NCBI GenBank assembly: GCA_031409815.1
Contig: JANNXV010000086.1
Coordinates: 1 to 59,879, forward strand
Direction of reading: 5' to 3'
From: Bacteroidota bacterium
GTDB taxonomy: Bacteria > Bacteroidota > Bacteroidia > AKYH767-A > OLB10
Length of the DNA stretch: 59,879 bases
Below the pieces are notes generated by a model. The model ran no database searches. It worked only from the letters and a program-made list of their open reading frames with translations, and had not been told where the DNA came from. This document shows positions 57,646 through 59,879 of this stretch, in pieces. Made by a program: the position numbers and the translations under genes. Positions within the stretch are counted from its first letter, which is position 1. Every line of letters starts with the position of its first letter.

Positions 57646-58272
57646 TTACTTATCCCGATTAATCGGGAACAAATTTGATAATATTTTTGATGTAAGAGGT
57701 AATTTCAAGCTAGTGCTATCTGATTCTTCAATAAAGAACAAGAAAGCTTCAATATTGTTTTCTAAAACATCTACCCAACCGCAAAGAAATGCTTTTGAAT
57801 TTTTTTGTATCAGAATCTCAACATACTGTTGAAAAAAATCAGCATTAAATTCAGGCACGATAAAAAATAGATTTTCTCCATACCATTGATTCCTGATTGC
57901 AATTTCTCCGATTAAAATATTGGGTAAAGTGTAAACAAACAATGCTGGGCTTGGTAATGCTTCATTTGTGTATGAGTTATGAAACTTTACATCTGTGTCG
58001 GCAGATGAGTTGCGGTTGGAGAAGATTAACGCTATGTCATTATCAGTATAACTTTTTATGCCCTTGTTTTCATTTTTTATTAATTCTGATCCAATGAATG
58101 CAAGTTTTGAAAGCGCATCCATCTTATAAAATTTCGGATAATCAATGGCCAGTTTTTTATATAGTTGTTTAAGCCAATCACTTCCTTGTTCATCATTGCG
58201 GTTGAGAACTAATTTTCCGTTTACAAAACATGTATCGTTTGAAATATGACAATAAGAGGTAATAAAGCTCAT
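57646..58272 (-). CDS. Truncated KS-like partner protein of aryl polyene clusters
   Basis: YPKFYKMD.LSKLAF, SS.DTD, PSPALFVYTLPNI..GEIAIR. Confidence 0.8.
   Translation of the reverse strand: MSFITSYCHISNDTCFVNGKLVLNRNDEQGSDWLKQLYKKLAIDYPKFYKMDALSKLAFIGSELIKNENKGIKSYTDNDIALIFSNRNSSADTDVKFHNSYTNEALPSPALFVYTLPNILIGEIAIRNQWYGENLFFIVPEFNADFFQQYVEILIQKNSKAFLCGWVDVLENNIEAFLFFIEESDSTSLKLPLTSKILSNLFPINRDK
57653..57668. repeat. 16-bp perfect palindrome at the 3' end of the KS-like gene
   Basis: tcccgatt|aatcggga. Confidence 0.7.
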
Positions 58273-59351
58273 ATCTTTCGTAAAATTAAAGAGGCATTTG
58301 CACCACCGAATCCTGAAGCGGTTTTTAATATGCAGTTTACTTCTGTTTGTTTGTTTTGAGTTAAAACCTTTAGCTCCTTTGTAGTGCCGGGTTTATTAAA
58401 ACCGATACTCCTGATCAAGAAATTGTTTCGCATCGATTGCATACTAATCGCAGTTTCCAAAACTCCTGCTGCTCCCAATGTATGGCCGAAATATCCTTTT
58501 AAACTATTCAATGGAATCTGATTCATTCCTAGCCGTTCAAATGCAATGGCCTCCATTTCATCATTGTAAACAGTTGCTGTTCCGTGCGCGGAAATAAAAT
58601 CTATTTCACTTGCATTGATGTTTGCCGAGGCAAGTGTGTTTTTTACTGATCGAAATAATCCTTCTCCCGTTCTTGATGGTCCTGAAATATGATTGGCATC
58701 ATTGGAAGAAGAACCGGAAATATATTCTTGCGGAGAATCACTGAAAACAGTTTTATTTTTTGAAAGTACCATAGCAGCACAAGCTTCTCCGAGTGTCAAC
58801 CCCTTTCGGTTTAAATCGTAGGGAGCGCAAGGCTCATCGCTTATGGCAAATAAGGACTGAAAGCCGTACAAAACAAAATTTGAAATCACATCACATCCAG
58901 CAACAATTGCATGATCATACAATCCGGCCTTAATTAAAGCTGCTCCAAGGTTAATGGCCTGCACGCCTGAGGTACAAGCATTGCAAACGGTTATGGGATC
59001 ATTATAAAGTTCAAATTTTTGCTTGATAGCCAGTGCTGATATTCCAATGGCATCTACCAAATGTTGTTCTATATCGGCTTTTGTGGTGCTAAGTATAAAA
59101 ACAGTTTTTTGTGAAATGAAAATATTCTCATCTACTTTTGATTTAAGTTCACTCAAACATTTTTCAATCAGTGTTTGAAATTTAGTTGTTTCTGCAAAAG
59201 CTGTTTTGGCTAAATAAACATCCTGCTTATTAAAACCAATACCTTTAAATAATTGAATACCAGAAATGCAATCACAAAGGGATTGAAAGTTTTCCTCAGC
59301 TGTGTTTCCTATTGGAGTAATTGCATTTTCAGCTCCGATAAATATTCTCAC
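58269..59351 (-). CDS. Beta-ketoacyl synthase family protein
   Basis: NACTSG, DANHISGPSRTG, HGTAT.YND, GHTLGAAG, SGFGG. Confidence 0.9.
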   Translation of the reverse strand: MRIFIGAENAITPIGNTAEENFQSLCDCISGIQLFKGIGFNKQDVYLAKTAFAETTKFQTLIEKCLSELKSKVDENIFISQKTVFILSTTKADIEQHLVDAIGISALAIKQKFELYNDPITVCNACTSGVQAINLGAALIKAGLYDHAIVAGCDVISNFVLYGFQSLFAISDEPCAPYDLNRKGLTLGEACAAMVLSKNKTVFSDSPQEYISGSSSNDANHISGPSRTGEGLFRSVKNTLASANINASEIDFISAHGTATVYNDEMEAIAFERLGMNQIPLNSLKGYFGHTLGAAGVLETAISMQSMRNNFLIRSIGFNKPGTTKELKVLTQNKQTEVNCILKTASGFGGANASLILRKI

Positions 59352-59360
59352 AATAAGCTA

Positions 59361-59786
59361 TTAATCGTTAAGCTTCATTTTTTTTTCCCAGGCAATGATA
59401 AATTCAGGCTTATTTAGTTCGAGGGTTCGGGTATTGGCAGTTAAAAAAACCTGGACTGTACTTCCTGTTGCACTTAAACTATTCTTGGTTAGATTAATAA
59501 TTTCATAGTTAAAAATTAATTTAGCAGCTCTTGTGGGAATTAATGTTGCAATTGCTTTTACTTTATCACCATAGTACAAGGGCGACTTATGATTGATTTC
59601 TGATTTTACTATCGGAGTAAAATAACCTTCATGGTACATATCCAAATAACGGAGAGCAAAATTGTTTCCAAATGCTTCTCGTGCATCTTCAAAAAAGCGC
59701 AGGTAGTTACCATGCCAAACAACACCCATTGCATCGGTATCGCTAAAACGTATATTTAATTCTAACTCAACTTTTAGTTCGCTCAC
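59361..59786 (-). CDS. Acyl-CoA/ACP thioesterase (4HBT hotdog)
   Basis: IRFSDTDAMGVVWHGNYLRFFEDARE; probable GTG start overlapping the upstream TGA. Confidence 0.9.
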   Translation of the reverse strand: MSELKVELELNIRFSDTDAMGVVWHGNYLRFFEDAREAFGNNFALRYLDMYHEGYFTPIVKSEINHKSPLYYGDKVKAIATLIPTRAAKLIFNYEIINLTKNSLSATGSTVQVFLTANTRTLELNKPEFIIAWEKKMKLND

Positions 59787-59878
59787 GTAATCACAATTTT
59801 CATTTCGCACTCCAATAATTTTTTCCCATCACACACACTTTCGCCTTTTACTAAAAAAACATTTTGAAACTGATAAAC
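59783..59878 (-). CDS. Partial CDS (3' end), probably a hotdog 3-hydroxyacyl-ACP dehydratase
   Basis: Manual translation ...VYQFQNVFLVKGESVCDGKKLLECEMKIVIT*; GTGA overlap with the thioesterase; not in the ORF track. Confidence 0.6.
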   Translation of the reverse strand, partial: VYQFQNVFLVKGESVCDGKKLLECEMKIVIT

Positions 59879-59879
59879 C

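Larger units (their letters stand above)
23967..59879. other. Flexirubin-type aryl polyene / dialkylresorcinol biosynthetic gene cluster (open at right edge)
   Basis: Co-located ammonia lyase, four KS, two CLF, two ACP, FabG, dehydratases, thioesterase, darA/darB, GT2-DUF2062, MMPL fusion, LolA, deacetylase, ABC exporter, methyltransferase. Confidence 0.92.

Noticed and set aside
57379-57678. 99-aa plus-strand ORF
   Set aside because: Exact antisense shadow of the ACP gene
1-59879. CRISPR array or cas genes
   Set aside because: No regularly spaced direct repeats with unique spacers; the repeats seen are inverted or short-period tandem

Overview
AT-rich chromosomal window from a member of the Bacteroidota. 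The assignment rests on gldB/gldC gliding genes, four proteins with T9SS C-terminal sorting domains, and TAnnTTTG-type promoters. Positions 1-23.7 kb are mostly housekeeping (scpB, leuS, ftsX, uppP, truB, tRNA-Val, patatin-Omp85, cystathionine beta-synthase, rlmH, engB/yihA, gldCB, a PorT-like barrel, nadE), with one accessory cassette (a tail-fibre/peptidase-S74 T9SS protein plus a beta-barrel). From ~24 kb to the end (>35 kb, open at the right edge) lies a flexirubin-type aryl-polyene/dialkylresorcinol (APE-DAR) biosynthetic cluster with several unusual features: (i) a flavin halogenase plus a DUF1702 (enediyne UnbL/E3-like) gene pair placed inside the darA-darB operon; (ii) two paralogous ACP-KS-CLF modules; (iii) an oppositely oriented ammonia-lyase/fabG/KS block that is itself interrupted by two T9SS cargo genes. 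Non-coding structure includes an in-frame 'spare' beta-barrel C-terminus after the PorT-like gene, REP-like hairpins, back-to-back promoters and several short-period inverted repeat arrays. No CRISPR array, transposase, integrase or rRNA was seen. All family calls come from motif recognition by eye and recalled knowledge, not from database searches.
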